NCBI GenBank assembly: GCA_964016885.1
Contig: OZ024743.1
Coordinates: 169,570,001 to 169,634,000, forward strand
Source: Eledone cirrhosa
Taxonomy: Eukaryota
Length of the DNA stretch: 64,000 nucleotides
Direction of reading: 5' to 3'
Part shown: positions 62,108 to 64,000 of the stretch, piece after piece
Position numbering within the stretch: position 1 is the stretch's first letter
Layout: each line of letters starts with the position of its first letter
Position numbers and translations under genes: made by a program
The notes under the pieces: model-generated
The model's input: the letters and a program-made list of their open reading frames with translations, nothing else
What the model was told of the DNA's origin: nothing
Database searches by the model: none

Positions 62108-64000
62108 GAGATGGAGGGTTGAGTATGCCAGGCAAACGAGCCAGTGGGAAATGAAGGTGAAGAGGTCGAGAGAACGGAGGAACCACTCGAAACAGACAAT
62201 GATCTGAATGCTGAGATAAATAATACCTGGAACAGAAATACGGCCACTGAGGAGTTGAATGCTGACGGGCTAGGACAAGATTTGGTAGACATCCTAAATT
62301 TAGTGGTAGATGAATTGAACAATGATAGTGGGAGACCTATGAACCTAAGATTTGTAGACAGGAAAAAGTTAAAAGAAACAACAGCTAAGGTAAACAAAGT
62401 CACCCCATACCTTGAGGCGAGGAGCCTTCACCAGTGCAACAATATCCTCAAAGCAACAGCAAATACGGTGAGGAAACTACTTGGTATAAAAGCGAGAGGA
62501 AACAACAGACAAGAAAGAGCAGAGCCTTGGTGGAAGAAACGACTGAGTGGTCAAATCAGGGAAATGAGAAATGACATTGGAAAGCTTGAGTCCCTACTGG
62601 ATGGGACACTAAAAAACATAGACACTAAAAATAGACTGGAAATAAAGTACAAAACTAGGAGGAACTGAAGCAACGCATTGTTGCAAAGAGTGCAAAAATC
62701 AGGCGATACGAGAACAGAGTCAGCCAGTATAGACAGAACCGCATGTTCGACAACAACCAGAAGATGCTGTTTGGACAGCTTGAAGGGAAAGAAAGAGGCA
62801 ACGACTTGATCTCTGAGGCGGAACAAACTAAAACATTCTGGAGAGGAATATGGGAGCAGGATGTTAAACATAATGACCAGGCAGTGTGGATTGAGACAGT
62901 TCAGAAGGAGATCAGTGAACAGGCACACCAACAAACTGATTTGAGTATCACAATTGAAACTCTTAAGGGGCAGGCCAAAAAACTAACCAACTGGAAATCA
63001 CCTGGCCCAGATGGTGTGCAGGGGTATTGGATTAAAAACATAACATCCCTCCACCCGAAACTGACAACCATGTTCAATGACTGCTTGATGTCAGGTGAGG
63101 TACCAGAGTGGTTGACAAAAGGTACCACAGTTCTGATAATGAAAGACCGAATCAAGGGTAATGATGTTACCAACTATAGACCTATCACATGTGTGTCCGT
63201 AATGTGGAAACTGTTGACGAGCATTGTGTCTGAGGAAATCTACCATCACCGCCACACAAACAACTTGTTACCGGACGAACAGAAAGGATGCCGAAAGAAG
63301 TCACGTGGTACAAAGGACCAGTTACTTATTGATAAGATGGTAATGAGGAATTGCAAGAGGAGACACACTGGTCTTGCCATGGGATGGATAGACTACAAAA
63401 AGGCATTTGACATGGTGCCTCATTCTTGGATCACCAAAAGCCTGGAGATCTTCAAGGTGGCAGATAACATCAGACAGTTGTTGGGCAAAAGTATGAAGTC
63501 CTGGGAAACAGAGTTAACATCAACTGGAGAGTCCTTGGGAAGCGTGAAGATCAAGAGAGGTATCTTCCAGGGAGATAGTCTGTCCCCTCTGTTGTTTGTC
63601 CTTGCCCTGATGCCCCTGACCAGTGTACTGCGAAAAGTGAGAGCAGGATACAGGTTGCGAAAGGGAGGGCTTACCATCAATCACCTCCTCTTCATGGACG
63701 ATCTTAAGCTCTTCGGGAAGAGTGAGAAGGAGTTGGATGTGCCTGTTGACACTGTCCGTATTTTCAGCAATGATATATGTATGCAATTTGGTATTAGTAA
63801 GTGTGGAGTCATTGTGATGAGGAGGGGTAAGTTGAGCAGAAGTAACGGAATCCAGATACCAACAGGTGAGATGATAAAGGAAATTGACTCTAAGGAAGGA
63901 TACAAGTATTTGGGCGTTCTGGAGGCTGATGACATCAAGAACAAAAAAAAAATGAAGGAATTGATAAGAACTGAATACCTTCGGAGAGTAAGGAGCGTAT
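62106..64000 (+). mobile_element. R4/Dong family B, 5'-truncated, runs off the window edge
   Basis: Near-identical to ~58930-60820 (ORF 62144-62668; RT motifs through YKYLG). Confidence 0.92.

Overview
Eukaryotic, AT-rich window made almost entirely of nested, mostly decayed retroelements. I found no supportable host gene. The SINE and LINE tail sequences look like those of octopus (cephalopod) genomes; this is inference from memory, not a database result. Contents: (1) R4/Dong-clade non-LTR retrotransposons (RT, CCHC knuckle, PD-(D/E)xK restriction-like endonuclease) from at least 3 families. Two copies are near full length (26709-31627 minus, 57519-62028 plus), and a head-to-tail array separated by (TAA)n runs spans 51.6-64 kb. 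(2) Five Tx1/L1-like LINE copies (ORF1 with zinc knuckle; APE-RT ORF2); the intact ends sit at (TTA)n. (3) RTE-clade LINEs of several families; the main one carries a PHD-type finger inside the RT. (4) Penelope-like elements and several minimal hammerhead ribozyme motifs. (5) tRNA-derived SINEs, a mariner fragment, a hAT-type MITE and an LTR-like insert. The most notable pattern is an apparent community of elements centred on the TAA/TTA microsatellite. R4/Dong and Tx1 elements occupy opposite strands of it, a SINE shares the Tx1 3' tail, and two divergent R4/Dong families share a ~1 kb 5' leader that resembles the Tx1 5' end. Element boundaries were read by eye and are approximate.
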